DNA of 64,000 bases from Myxococcota bacterium (GTDB lineage Bacteria > Myxococcota_A > UBA796 > UBA2385): contig JBIJDH010000017.1 in the NCBI GenBank assembly GCA_044344255.1, forward strand, positions 119,728-183,727, read 5' to 3'. The notes under the pieces were generated by a model, which saw only the letters and a list, made by a program, of their open reading frames with translations, had not been told where the DNA came from and did not search any database. How positions within the stretch are numbered: the stretch's first letter is position 1; every line of letters starts with the position of its first letter. Both the position numbers and the translations under genes were made by a program. Positions 43,854-53,992 of the stretch are shown here, in pieces.

Positions 43854-44177
43854 ATGGCCTTCATCGTCACCGAATCCTGCATCATGTGTAAGTACACAGA
43901 CTGCGTCTCCGCCTGCCCGGTGGACTGCTTCCGCGAGGGCCCGAACATGCTCGTCATCGCCCCCGACGAGTGTATCGACTGCGGCGCCTGCGTCCCCGAG
44001 TGCCCGGCCGAGGCCATCTTCAACGAAGAAGACCTCCCCGCCGACCAGGTCTTCATGACCAAGGTGAACAAGGACCTCGCCAAGACCTACGCGGCGATCA
44101 CCAAGCAGAAGTCCCCGATGGAAGGCGCGGACAGCAAGAAGAACGAGAAGGGCAAGTACAAGAAGTACCTCGCCTGA
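43854..44177 (+). CDS. fdxA: 7Fe-type ferredoxin
   Basis: [33 protein letters not shown]. Confidence 0.93.
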   Translation: MAFIVTESCIMCKYTDCVSACPVDCFREGPNMLVIAPDECIDCGACVPECPAEAIFNEEDLPADQVFMTKVNKDLAKTYAAITKQKSPMEGADSKKNEKGKYKKYLA

Positions 44178-45674
44178 TCAGGCCAACACCTCCATCCCTG
44201 CGTCCGCGTCGTCGGCGCCGGGGGTGGACGTGAGCATCGCCCAGGCGGTCTTCACGCTCCGGACCAGCTCTTCGCCGCTCTGCAGCCGGCGCATCGCCCG
44301 CAAGATGTACTTCGGGCGATAGTAGAAGCGCACATAGGCCAGCTTGGTCCAGCGCTGGATCTCCGCGTCGGTCATCTTGCACAGGGGCCGCGGGATGTCC
44401 TCATCGACGCCGGCCTCGATGTGCTCGCGCCAGTAGTCCCGCCCCGTCTCCTTGAGGAGCAGCGTGTACATCTCGGTGGCCGGCATCGGCGTCACCTTCG
44501 AGAACTGTGCATAGTCGAGATCGAGCTCGAGGGCGAGGCGGATGGTCTGTCGGATGGTGCTGGCGTCCTCATGCGGGTTCCCGACCATGAAGTAGCCAAA
44601 GGTGTTGATGTCTACGGCCTTGGTCCGCCGGATGACATCTTTGTACATCTCGATCGAGGTGCTCTTCTTGAGCGTGTGCAGGATCTCCCGGTTGGCCGAC
44701 TCGATCCCGTAATAGATCCGGTTGCATCCGCCTCGTTTCATCGCGGTGAGCACGTCGTCGGAGATACAGTCGACCCGCGTGCGGGCGGCCCAGACCAGAT
44801 CGAGCCGCCGCTTGACGATCTCGTCGCAGATGCCGATGACTCGCTCCTTCCGGATGGTGAAGGAGGAGTCGAAGAAGTCGAGCTCGCGGATGCCCTGCTC
44901 CTTGGCGCAGATCTCGAGCTCATCGACCACGTTGGCCGGAGACCGGGCGCGGAAGGGCTTGCTGCCCTGCTCGCAGAAGATGCACTTGTAGGGGCAGCCT
45001 CGGCTCGTGATGAAGCAGGTGAAGTTCCGGTACTGACTGATGAAGCTGTAGTAGACCGAATTGTCGATCAGGTGGCGCGCCGGGAAGGGCACGTCGTCCA
45101 CGTCCACGTCACCGGCCTTGGGGGTGACGACCACGCTGCCGTCCGCCTGCCGGTAGGCGATGCCCTTGACGAGGGAGAGGTCTCGACGGCGGACGACCGC
45201 CTCGAGGAGGTCGGGCAGCGCCCGCTCGGCCTCGCCCGTGACCGCGTAGTCCACCTCGGGGTACGCGAGCGTCTCCCGCGGGTAGATCGACATGTGGACC
45301 CCGCCGAGGATCGTCGGGGCTGGCACCCGCGCCTTGATCGCCTTGACCCAGTCCATCGACTGGAAGAAGAGGTAGGTCGTGATGGTGTAGCCGACAAAGT
45401 CGGGCCCGAAGCGGCGGAGGCGATCCACGGTGCCGTCGAGATCGAGGCCGAGGGCGTGGGCGTCAACGTAGAGCACCTCGCAGCCCGCCGCCTCCAGGAT
45501 CCCCGCCACGTAGAGCAGAGACAAAGACGGGAAGATCCCGTAGTTCTCCTTGACCGTCTTGATGCCCGGCTCGTTCCGGACCGGCCCATAGGGCGGGTAC
45601 ACCAGCGCCACCTTCACCCCATCGAGCGAGGGGCGGAGCAGGTGGGGCCAGCGGGCGCGGGACGGGTTGGACAT
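44178..45674 (-). CDS. B12-binding-domain radical SAM protein
   Basis: LLYVAG, ILGGVH, GEAE, SRGCPYKCIFC (CxxxCxxC), GIES, FMVG.P. Confidence 0.92.
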   Translation of the reverse strand: MSNPSRARWPHLLRPSLDGVKVALVYPPYGPVRNEPGIKTVKENYGIFPSLSLLYVAGILEAAGCEVLYVDAHALGLDLDGTVDRLRRFGPDFVGYTITTYLFFQSMDWVKAIKARVPAPTILGGVHMSIYPRETLAYPEVDYAVTGEAERALPDLLEAVVRRRDLSLVKGIAYRQADGSVVVTPKAGDVDVDDVPFPARHLIDNSVYYSFISQYRNFTCFITSRGCPYKCIFCEQGSKPFRARSPANVVDELEICAKEQGIRELDFFDSSFTIRKERVIGICDEIVKRRLDLVWAARTRVDCISDDVLTAMKRGGCNRIYYGIESANREILHTLKKSTSIEMYKDVIRRTKAVDINTFGYFMVGNPHEDASTIRQTIRLALELDLDYAQFSKVTPMPATEMYTLLLKETGRDYWREHIEAGVDEDIPRPLCKMTDAEIQRWTKLAYVRFYYRPKYILRAMRRLQSGEELVRSVKTAWAMLTSTPGADDADAGMEVLA

Positions 45675-45757
45675 ACAGGGATGCTACCCTGCATCTGCGC
45701 CAAGGGAAGGGTCCTCCTCCGAGGCCAGCCGCTGGAAGACGGAGTAGGAGGGGCACC

Positions 45758-47338
45758 GTGCGCACTCGCTGGCTGCTCCTGATCTGGACCGTCGCCGCCC
45801 TCTGGCTCGGCTGGTGGTCCGCGCACAACCCGATGCCGGACGGCTTCCAGAACGAGTCGATCCACGTCGGCAACGCCTACGACCTCTACGAGGCGGTGGT
45901 CGCCCGCGACCTCTGGCACACCCGCTGGTACATGTACACCGGCTATTGGCCTTGGGGCTTCTATGCCGTGCCCTGGCCCTTCCTCGCGGTGTTGGGCCTC
46001 GGGCGGCTGCCGCTCCTGCTCGGCAACCTGGTCCACCTCGCGGCCCTGCTCTGGGGCGCCAACCGCCTCGGGAGGGCCTTCGGGGCGCCGCTGGCTCCCC
46101 TCATCCTGCTGCTCTGCCCGGCCACCTTCGGCGCGCTCGTCCGCTTCGAGCCGAACCTCGCCGACATCGCCTGGGTGAGCGTAGGGCTCGCCTTCCTGGT
46201 CGACTCTCAAGGCCTCCGCAGCCGCCGCCACGTGCTCGGCTGGGCGGCCGCGACGGGCGTGGGGCTGCTCCTCGATCGGCTCACCGTTGGCTTCTTCCTC
46301 TTCCCGGCCCTGCTCCCCCTCCTCTGGGAGCAGCGGCGCAGCGCCCGAGCCTGGAAGAACCTCGCCCTCGCTGGCGGGGTGATCCTGCTGCTCACCGCGG
46401 CCTGGTACCGCGAGTTCTTCCTCCGCAACAGCGAGGAGCTGACGAGCCAGGCGCCGGTCGGCGAGATCGACTCTGCCGGAGAGGTCACCGTGACCGGCGG
46501 AGTGTGGCCACACCTCTACTACCTCCTCTCCTTCTTCGACTCCCAAGCCGGGCCGCTGATCGGCCTCGCCGCCGCGGTGGGCGCCTTCGAGGCGATGCGC
46601 GCCAGCCGAGCCCCCGGGGGCGGGCCACGGCGGGTCCTGCTCGCCGCCGTCGTCGTGCCGGTGCTCTTCTTCACCCTGATCGCAAAGAAGCAGGTCTACT
46701 ACACGCTGCCCATCCTCGGGCCGCTCGCCGTCTTCGCGGGATCACGGCGGGCGCTGGCGAGCCTCGCGATGATCGGCGGCGCCTGGGCCTTCGCCGGCCT
46801 CGGCCTCGGCTGGCTCCCGGAGCCGGCGCGGGGGCCCTACCTGCCGGAGGCCTGGGTCAGCCCGCGCCACACGCTCGCCCGCCCCCCCACCTTTGACCGG
46901 TACCCCTTCGAGGCCGTCACCGCCGCGCTCTGCCCGATGGCAGACGGCCCACAGGACCTCGCCCTCCTCTCCCTCGACGAGCAGCTCTTCGAGGGCTTCG
47001 TCGCCCTCGAGCTCCGGGCCCGCTGTCCCGGATCGACCGTCCGCGGGGTCACCATCGACCCCTTCGGGACCTACGAGCGCTTCGCGGAGACAGATCGGCT
47101 GTTGACCATCGACACCAAAGGCGCGGCCTGGCCCAAGGCGGCCGACATCGAGCGCGCGATGATCGAGGACCACTACGATCTGGATCAGGTGCCCCCCGCC
47201 GCCGCGCGGGTCGCCTCGCAGGAGCCTGAATTCGTGCAGGTCACGAGGGTGCCCGCCGAGTCAGTCGACCTCGTCGTCTGGCAGCGACGGACCCCCGACC
47301 CCGGCGACCCTCCCAGCACCCCCGCGATCGCACCCTGA
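45758..47338 (+). CDS. ArnT/PMT-like membrane glycosyltransferase (GT-C), putative
   Basis: NE..H early motif, YWP, multiple TM segments, KKQVYYTLP. Confidence 0.6.
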   Translation: MRTRWLLLIWTVAALWLGWWSAHNPMPDGFQNESIHVGNAYDLYEAVVARDLWHTRWYMYTGYWPWGFYAVPWPFLAVLGLGRLPLLLGNLVHLAALLWGANRLGRAFGAPLAPLILLLCPATFGALVRFEPNLADIAWVSVGLAFLVDSQGLRSRRHVLGWAAATGVGLLLDRLTVGFFLFPALLPLLWEQRRSARAWKNLALAGGVILLLTAAWYREFFLRNSEELTSQAPVGEIDSAGEVTVTGGVWPHLYYLLSFFDSQAGPLIGLAAAVGAFEAMRASRAPGGGPRRVLLAAVVVPVLFFTLIAKKQVYYTLPILGPLAVFAGSRRALASLAMIGGAWAFAGLGLGWLPEPARGPYLPEAWVSPRHTLARPPTFDRYPFEAVTAALCPMADGPQDLALLSLDEQLFEGFVALELRARCPGSTVRGVTIDPFGTYERFAETDRLLTIDTKGAAWPKAADIERAMIEDHYDLDQVPPAAARVASQEPEFVQVTRVPAESVDLVVWQRRTPDPGDPPSTPAIAP

Positions 47339-47347
47339 GGCCAGCCG

Positions 47348-49123
47348 TTGGCTATAGTCTCGGGGGGCTTCAACCCCCGGGGAGGCAGGGTGGCTGTAGG
47401 CAGGACAACGGACGACAGGGGCTCGACGACGGGCGGGGGGAAGGTGGTCGGCCCCAAGGGAGCCGAGCCCGAGCTGTTGCGAGGCGTCGCCACCCGCCTG
47501 CTGCAGCTCGCCGCCCTCGTTCGCCAGGGTCGCAGCCACAGCCCGGAGGCCGAAGACCAGCGCAGCGCCTTCGCGACGCTGCTCGGAGACTGCCTCGCCG
47601 GCGGTGTCCCGGTGCACATCGATGTCTCGATGCGGGGGCTCGTCTACAGCTCGGTCGAGGTGAGCGGGAGCGACGCCGTCAGCCGCGTCGTCTGCGAGGG
47701 CCTCCACGAGCACGGGCTACGCGCCTTCTCGGTCGAGCCGAGCGCCCGTCGCGCCGAGCTCATCGACCTCGCCAACCTCCTCAGCACCGACTGGAGGGGC
47801 CGGGCCGCCCACGACGATGATCTCGAGTCCGTCGCCTGGCAGCTCGGCTTCGACAACGTCCACCTCGACATCTCGGGGACCCAGACCGTCGCCGAGGCCG
47901 AAGAGCTCGGCCTCGGGCCGGAGGAGCTGGTCCACCGCATCGCCCGCCAGCTCGGCGCCTCCTCCTTCCACGAAGACGAAGACGCGCTCTCCGACGAGGT
48001 CCGCGGCCTCATGGTGGAGCTCCGTCGCGGCGAGTCGCCGCGCACCGAGCCGAGCCTCCCCGCGGGCCCGGGCGCCGAGGACTGGCGAGCGGCGCTCAAG
48101 GAGATCCAGGCGGGCGACGACTGCACCGACGAACGGGTAGGCCTGCTGTTGGCCGAGGTGATCCGCACCGACCGCCGCCCCGCAGGCGCCGCCAAGGCCA
48201 CGAGCCGCCTCGTCATCCACTTGCGGCGAGCGCTGCAGATCGGCCAACCGGCGGTCGCCGCCGCCCTCCTCCGCCCCGCCCTCACCTTCGCCGAGCCTGA
48301 CCTCTACCCCCCGGACGCTTGGACCCAGGCGATCCGCGAGGAGCTCGGCGGTCTGGCCCGGGTCGAGCTCCGAGAGTGTGTCGAGGCCGGCTGGGCGTTG
48401 AACCGAGACACGGAGGCCTGGACGGGGCTGCTCTTCTCCCTCGGCGCCGCGCTCGGCGTCGCCTGCCTGGACGATCTCGCCCGCCTGGCGCAGGTCTTCC
48501 CGGATCGAGAGGCCAAACAGGCCCTCGCCGACGGCCTCGCGCTCACCCTGGAGCGAGACCAGCTCACCCTGAAGGAGCTGCTGCACGACGCCGCAGACCA
48601 CCAGCTCCCCCTGCTGCTCCTCACGCTCCGCCGCCGCCCCGACCCCACCCTGCTCGGCGCCATCCTCGCCCGGGCTCACCACGCCGATCCCGTGGTCCGC
48701 GAAGCGGTGGTGCTGACCCTGCGCGACTACCAGAGCCCGCGCACCAAAGAGCTCGTGCGGGCCGCGGTCACCGACAGCGCGCGAGGGGTGAGGCTCGAGG
48801 CCCTCCGCTACCTCTCGGTCTACCGCGACGCCGAGGCCGCCCCCAAGGTGCTCGACCGCCTGCGCACCGCCGGCCCCGACGAGGTCGACGAGACCGAGCT
48901 CCGGGCGCTGGCGATCACCGTCGCCCGCATCACCCGCGAGAAGGGCATGGCCGACCTCGAGAAGCTCGCCAGCGGCGGCGCCCGTCACCCTCGGGCCGCC
49001 GCGGCCGCGCTCCACGGGCTGCGCTCCTTCGGCGCCGCCGGCCGGGTCGCCCTCGAGCGCATCGGGAGGAGCCAACCCGCGCTCCGCGACGAAGTCCGGC
49101 AGCTGCTTGGAGGTCCGGCATGA
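47348..49123 (+). CDS. HEAT-repeat-containing protein
   Basis: C-terminal DPVVREAV, VRLEALRYL repeats; start probably somewhat downstream of 47348. Confidence 0.7.
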   Translation: MAIVSGGFNPRGGRVAVGRTTDDRGSTTGGGKVVGPKGAEPELLRGVATRLLQLAALVRQGRSHSPEAEDQRSAFATLLGDCLAGGVPVHIDVSMRGLVYSSVEVSGSDAVSRVVCEGLHEHGLRAFSVEPSARRAELIDLANLLSTDWRGRAAHDDDLESVAWQLGFDNVHLDISGTQTVAEAEELGLGPEELVHRIARQLGASSFHEDEDALSDEVRGLMVELRRGESPRTEPSLPAGPGAEDWRAALKEIQAGDDCTDERVGLLLAEVIRTDRRPAGAAKATSRLVIHLRRALQIGQPAVAAALLRPALTFAEPDLYPPDAWTQAIREELGGLARVELRECVEAGWALNRDTEAWTGLLFSLGAALGVACLDDLARLAQVFPDREAKQALADGLALTLERDQLTLKELLHDAADHQLPLLLLTLRRRPDPTLLGAILARAHHADPVVREAVVLTLRDYQSPRTKELVRAAVTDSARGVRLEALRYLSVYRDAEAAPKVLDRLRTAGPDEVDETELRALAITVARITREKGMADLEKLASGGARHPRAAAAALHGLRSFGAAGRVALERIGRSQPALRDEVRQLLGGPA

Positions 49124-50340
49124 ACGAGAGCATCGACCGCAGGGCCTTCAACTCCGTCGTGCTCCGCTTGATGGTCCGCTTCGGGCACCTCCAGCGGGCC
49201 GTGCTCACCTACCCGCCAGAGCACCCCTCGCGCGTGATCGCGGTGGAGAGCGTCCTCCAGCTCTTCGAAGACCTCGTGCGCTTCGGCGAGGAGGCCACCG
49301 TGCAGCTCGCCGGGGACCACCTCGTCTCTCAGGGCCTCTCTCTCCGCTCGGTCGAGGGCATGAGCGGGGTCCTGCAGGACATGACCGAGGCCTTCAAGGT
49401 CCGCGGCCTGGGCGGCTTCCTGGTGCGCGCCACCGTAAACCGCCCCCAGCTCGACGCACTCGTGGCCATCCTCCAGGAGGAGCCCGACGAGCAGGCCCTC
49501 GGCCCCGAGCCCTACAACCGAAAGCTCGACCGCATGGGCATCCAGGGGCTGCGGCTCCTCGGGCCGAGGGCCGGCATGGACATGGTCCAGCAGCTCGCGA
49601 ATGACCCCGGCTTCCAGTCCCTGCGCCTTTACCTGCGGGCGGTGCGCGCCGTCGCTCGCCTCCAAGAGCGCGGCATCTCACCGGCGATGGTGATGGAGCT
49701 GCGCCAGATCGCGGAGGGCACGGTCAGCCTCGTCGAGGCCACGCCTGTCCGCGCGATGTCCCTCGCCACGCCGCGCCAGGTGCTGCCCTACACGCTCCGC
49801 CACCCCTTCCACATGGCGCTGCTCTCCGTGGGGATCGCGCAGCGGCTCGGCTTCTCACGGGAGCAGCGGCAGGAGCTGGCGGTGGCGGCCATGGTCGCCG
49901 ACATCGGCATGTCGGCCGTCCCTGCGCCCTTACGAGAGCGCGCCGACCGCCTCGACGACGACGAGCGGGCCCAGCTCCAGACCCACCCCACGGAGTCTGC
50001 CAAGGAGCTGCTCCGGCTCCCGAGCCTGGACCGCTCGCTCCGACGCTGGCTCTTCGTCGCGATGGAGCACCACATCGGCCTGACCGGCCTCGGCTACCCG
50101 AAGCCCGTCCTCGCCCAGGAGGCCCACCCCTACAGCCGCATCGTCTGCGTCGCCGACGCCTACGACGCGCTCCGCGCCAACACCGGCTGGCGGCGAGGGC
50201 TCAGCCCCGAGGCGACCATCGCCGCCCTCCGCGCGGAGGCGGGGGTGCGCTTCGATCCGCACCTCATCGACGTCCTCGAGCAGATCCTCCGCGTCTGGTC
50301 CGACGAGGCGCCCGAGGCCGCGAGCGCGCCCCATGGTTGA
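49120..50340 (+). CDS. HD-GYP domain protein with degenerate HD motif
   Basis: VADIG (HD to AD), THP, EHH..G.GYP, RIVCVADAYDAL, FDP; ATGA overlap with the upstream gene. Confidence 0.85.
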   Translation: MNESIDRRAFNSVVLRLMVRFGHLQRAVLTYPPEHPSRVIAVESVLQLFEDLVRFGEEATVQLAGDHLVSQGLSLRSVEGMSGVLQDMTEAFKVRGLGGFLVRATVNRPQLDALVAILQEEPDEQALGPEPYNRKLDRMGIQGLRLLGPRAGMDMVQQLANDPGFQSLRLYLRAVRAVARLQERGISPAMVMELRQIAEGTVSLVEATPVRAMSLATPRQVLPYTLRHPFHMALLSVGIAQRLGFSREQRQELAVAAMVADIGMSAVPAPLRERADRLDDDERAQLQTHPTESAKELLRLPSLDRSLRRWLFVAMEHHIGLTGLGYPKPVLAQEAHPYSRIVCVADAYDALRANTGWRRGLSPEATIAALRAEAGVRFDPHLIDVLEQILRVWSDEAPEAASAPHG

Positions 50341-51103
50341 GCCCCGCCCCGCCGCCACCGTCGTGCTCCTCCGCGAGGCCGCGTCGGGCCTCGAGCTCCT
50401 CCTGCTCCGCCGGGAGCAGCGAGCGAGCTTCTTCCCGAACGCCTGGGTCTTCCCCGGCGGGAGGGTCGATGCCGGCGACGCGCGGGTCCTCCCGGTCGGG
50501 GCCGTCCCCCGCCTCCCGCCCGAGCACGCGCCCTTCGCCGTCGCGGCGGTGCGCGAGTGCCTCGAGGAGGCGGGCGTCTGGCTCGGCGACGGCCAGCCCC
50601 CGGCCGAGCTGCGGGCCGCCTTGAACGGGCGCCGCGCCCAGCTCAGCGATCACCCCACCCTCCAGCCGCGGCTCGACCGCCTGCTCCTCTGGTCCTGGTG
50701 GATCACCCCCTCCGAGGAGCCGAAGCGCTTCGACACCCGCTTCTTCCTCGCGCCCCTCCGCCCGGAAGAGGCGGAGCGGGCCAGCCCGGACGACCAAGAG
50801 GTGGTCAGCAGCCTCTGGCTCAGCCCCGCCGACGCCCTCGCCCGCGCCCACGTCGATGACCTCTTCCTCGCGCCGCCCACCTTTCGCACCATCGAAGAGC
50901 TCGCCCCCTACAGCACCTTCGCCGCGCTCGCCGCCGCCGCCGCCGACCGACCGCTGCACGCCATCGAGCCGCGCATCGAGCGGAGCGCCGACGGCCCGCT
51001 CTCGATCATCCTGCCCGGCGATCCCAGCTACCCCTCCCCCACCCCCGTGCGCGGCCCCACACGCCTCTGCCTCCGCGAGGGGCGTTGGCAGAGCGAAGGG
51101 TGA
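50333..51103 (+). CDS. Nudix hydrolase (Nudt19-like)
   Basis: PAATVVLLR, VFPGGRVD, AVRECLEEAGV, WITP..KRFDTRFF. Confidence 0.9.
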   Translation: MVEPRPAATVVLLREAASGLELLLLRREQRASFFPNAWVFPGGRVDAGDARVLPVGAVPRLPPEHAPFAVAAVRECLEEAGVWLGDGQPPAELRAALNGRRAQLSDHPTLQPRLDRLLLWSWWITPSEEPKRFDTRFFLAPLRPEEAERASPDDQEVVSSLWLSPADALARAHVDDLFLAPPTFRTIEELAPYSTFAALAAAAADRPLHAIEPRIERSADGPLSIILPGDPSYPSPTPVRGPTRLCLREGRWQSEG

Positions 51104-52536
51104 GCCGGCCCGCTCTCCACCGCCGGGGGCGCACGCTGACGGGGCTCGGCCTCCTGGCCCTGCTGGTCGCGCCGCGCCCCGGCTCCGCCATGCCCCGCAG
51201 GGTCGCCGCGCTCCGGCCGAGCGCCTTGGCCTGGAGCCCCGGCCAGGACCCCACCCGCCTCCAGGTGAAGCTGCGCGAGGGGCAGCGGCCGCGATCCAGC
51301 ACCGAGCTCGCCCTCGCGGGGGCCCGCCCCCTCTTCCCGCGAGACCCCATCGCCCTCGCCGCCGATCGCGAGACCTTCGATCCCGAGCACCGCCTCGCCG
51401 ACCTGCGCGCCTGGCTCGTCCTCACCGACGAACGCGCCGAGGCCGCAGGCGGCCCGAGCCTCACCGTCCGGGCGGAGGCCCTGCTCCAAGACCCCGCCGT
51501 CGAGTGGCTCGGCTTCGCCCCCGCGCCGGTCGAGCCGCCCATCGACCTCTCGCCCACCACCCCCGACTTCAGCGATCTGCAGGGCTACCTCGGCCCCGCT
51601 CCAGACGGCCTCGGCGTCGACGAGGCCCACCGCTGGCCGGGCGGCAGGGGCGAGGCGGTCACGATCCTCGACGTCGAGTACGGCTGGGAGCCCGATCACG
51701 AAGACCTCGACGCCGCCCCCGAAGAGAGCGCCGTCGGCTGGGACAGCCTGCTGTACGCCTTTCATGGCACCTCGGTGCTCGGCATGCTCGTGGCCGGCGA
51801 TGACGGCTTCGGCGTGACCGGCATCGCCCCAGCGGCGGGCGTGCTGATGGCCTCGCCCTACGACGACACCGACACCTACAACCTCGCCGCCGTCATCGAA
51901 GAGGCGGCCTCCTTGCTCGAGGCCGGCGATGTGCTGCTGATCGAGCAGCAGATCTACGCCCTCGGCACCTACGCCCCCGTCGAGGCTGACCCTGCGATCT
52001 GGGACGCGATCAGCCATGCCGTCGCCCGGGGCGTCCACGTCGTGGAGCCCGCCGCCAACGGGGGGCTGGACCTCGACGATCCGGCCTGGGGCGGCTGGTT
52101 CGACCGCTCGATCCGCGACTCCGGCGCCATCCTCGTCGGCGGCGGAGGCTCGCCGGACGGCGGGTGGACCCCGCGCGCGGCCTGGCCCTCGGGCAGCTCC
52201 ACCGGCAGCCGGGTCGACCTCCAAGGCTGGTACGACGGCATCACGACCGCCACAAACGCCGACAACAACGGCTACTACGCCGACCTGTACCTCCCCGACG
52301 GCGACGGCAGGCAGGCCTACACCGCCTCCTTCGGCGGCACCAGCGGCGCGAGCCCGATGGTGGTGGGGGTCGTCGCGCTGGCGAGCTCCATCTCCCGGAC
52401 CGTCTGGGGGGCGCCCTGGGACCCCCTCGATCTGCGCGACGCGCTCGTCAGCACGGGCACGCCGCAGGCGGGCGCCGCCCACATCGGCCCCCAGCCCGAT
52501 CTCCGCCGCCTCCTCCGCACCTGGGCCCTCCGTTAG
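51100..52536 (+). CDS. Secreted S8 subtilase
   Basis: ILDVEYG (Asp), HGTSVLG (His), AANG, FGGTSGASP (Ser); signal peptide; GTGA overlap with the Nudix stop. Confidence 0.88.
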   Translation: MSRPALHRRGRTLTGLGLLALLVAPRPGSAMPRRVAALRPSALAWSPGQDPTRLQVKLREGQRPRSSTELALAGARPLFPRDPIALAADRETFDPEHRLADLRAWLVLTDERAEAAGGPSLTVRAEALLQDPAVEWLGFAPAPVEPPIDLSPTTPDFSDLQGYLGPAPDGLGVDEAHRWPGGRGEAVTILDVEYGWEPDHEDLDAAPEESAVGWDSLLYAFHGTSVLGMLVAGDDGFGVTGIAPAAGVLMASPYDDTDTYNLAAVIEEAASLLEAGDVLLIEQQIYALGTYAPVEADPAIWDAISHAVARGVHVVEPAANGGLDLDDPAWGGWFDRSIRDSGAILVGGGGSPDGGWTPRAAWPSGSSTGSRVDLQGWYDGITTATNADNNGYYADLYLPDGDGRQAYTASFGGTSGASPMVVGVVALASSISRTVWGAPWDPLDLRDALVSTGTPQAGAAHIGPQPDLRRLLRTWALR

Positions 52537-53675
52537 CCGGCGCCCAGCTCAAAGGTGATCAGCCGGCGGTGCTCTTCGGTGAGGCTGAGCGAGAGCCCCG
52601 TGCCGGTCGGCATCGGGGCCACCACCTCGCCCGCCAACCGCAGCTCGAGGCCGCTCGGCAGGACGAGCTGGACCACCCGCCGCTCGCGGACCTGCCCGAC
52701 CCCGACGATCGGCACGAACAGCCCGCTCCCGCGGAGGTGCCGCGACCAGTCATCGGCGAGCGAGGCGAGCGTGGGGTAACGCACCCACAGGACCGGCTCC
52801 CCGCCCTCCTCGCGGCGCTCGACGATGGGCCCGTCCTCGGACCGCGCGGCGCCGCCCAGCCCCCCGCCCGCCGTCGAACGCAGCGGCGCCGGAGAGACCA
52901 TCGGCGGCGGCAGCCGGGCGGAGAGCCTCGCGCCGCTGACTGGAGCGGGGGCATCCCGAGGGGTCCGAGAGACGCTGGCGTCGTCGGGGAGCTCCTCCAC
53001 ACGGGAGCCGCCGGAGAAGGAGCCACCGGAGAAGGGGGCGTCCGGCCGCCCGGCCTCGGGGCGCCGCATCGCGCTCGCCACCGGCGCGTCCCTCCGCTGT
53101 GGCCCCTGCCCCTTCGCCTTGAGCAGGCTCGCCCGAAGCGCGTCCCGGACCGCCCTTCGACCCGTCGCCGCGTCGACGGCGTGACTCACCGAGACCGAGG
53201 CGCTCGACAGCCCGTATTCGGCCTCCGAACCCGCGGTGCGCTGAAACTGCGCGGAGCGCGCCCGCATGCGGTCGAGGGCCACCTCCGTCTCGGCCGGGGT
53301 GGCGCCCGCGTGCTGGACGCCGGACCAGAGGTCGCCGCTTCGGCTCACGCTGTCATCCACCGACCGCAAGGTGCCGCCGGCCTGTAGATCCTCGAGGAAG
53401 CGCTGCAGCCGGCTGCGCTCGTCGGGGTGCATGTGGGTGATGCGCGCCCGGTGGTTGAAGCCCCCCGCGAGGGGGCGCACGTCGAGCACGGAGAGCCGCC
53501 CCGCCACCTTCTCGGCGCGGTTCGTCAGCTCCATGCTCCAGTCGAACTCCACAGTGTGCAGGAGCGCCAGATCGAGCTCGAAGTGCAGGTGCTCCATCGA
53601 GACCTGCCGCACCCTCCCAAAGACGAGGCCCACCGGCGCCTGGAGGCCCAGGATGGCGTTCATCGGTATTCCCAT
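52533..53675 (-). CDS. Protein with PilZ-like domains (C-terminal myxobacterial-type)
   Basis: N-terminal GRVRQVS..L.F and C-terminal HLRGSGLFVP..L.LP..L.GEVV..G.GL beta-barrel patterns. Confidence 0.55.
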   Translation of the reverse strand: MGIPMNAILGLQAPVGLVFGRVRQVSMEHLHFELDLALLHTVEFDWSMELTNRAEKVAGRLSVLDVRPLAGGFNHRARITHMHPDERSRLQRFLEDLQAGGTLRSVDDSVSRSGDLWSGVQHAGATPAETEVALDRMRARSAQFQRTAGSEAEYGLSSASVSVSHAVDAATGRRAVRDALRASLLKAKGQGPQRRDAPVASAMRRPEAGRPDAPFSGGSFSGGSRVEELPDDASVSRTPRDAPAPVSGARLSARLPPPMVSPAPLRSTAGGGLGGAARSEDGPIVERREEGGEPVLWVRYPTLASLADDWSRHLRGSGLFVPIVGVGQVRERRVVQLVLPSGLELRLAGEVVAPMPTGTGLSLSLTEEHRRLITFELGAG

Positions 53676-53783
53676 CCTGGCGCTCCTCGACCGCGCGCCC
53701 CGCGCGGACCGACCTGACACGGCCCTAACGCGATCACACCCGCCAAGGTCGGACAGGCCCTGGTCCTGTGGTAGGGTGATGAT

Positions 53784-53883
53784 GGAGGGTATTGCATGGC
53801 TGGTGCCAGCCCCGGCCTTCAAAGCCGGTGGGGCGCGCCGGGAGGCGTTGCTCGGTGGGTTCGATCCCCATTACCTTCCGCCA
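53784..53883 (+). tRNA. selC: tRNA-Sec (anticodon UCA)
   Basis: 8-bp acceptor stem GGAGGGTA/TACCTTCC, G73, encoded CCA; anticodon arm CCGGC-CTTCAAA-GCCGG; long variable arm; 5-bp T-stem with TTCGATC loop. Confidence 0.95.
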
Positions 53884-53992
53884 AACATGATAACTATTCT
53901 CGTTTAAGGAATCAAATTCTGATATCATCCCGACCTTCGTGGCTCGGAGGCCACCTCCCCATCACGGGGCTAAACTCCTGGTGGAGGTCAAC

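Noticed and set aside
52533..53822. ORF-track start of the PilZ-like gene at 53822
   Set aside because: Would overlap tRNA-Sec; the ATG at 53675 or 53663 is more plausible
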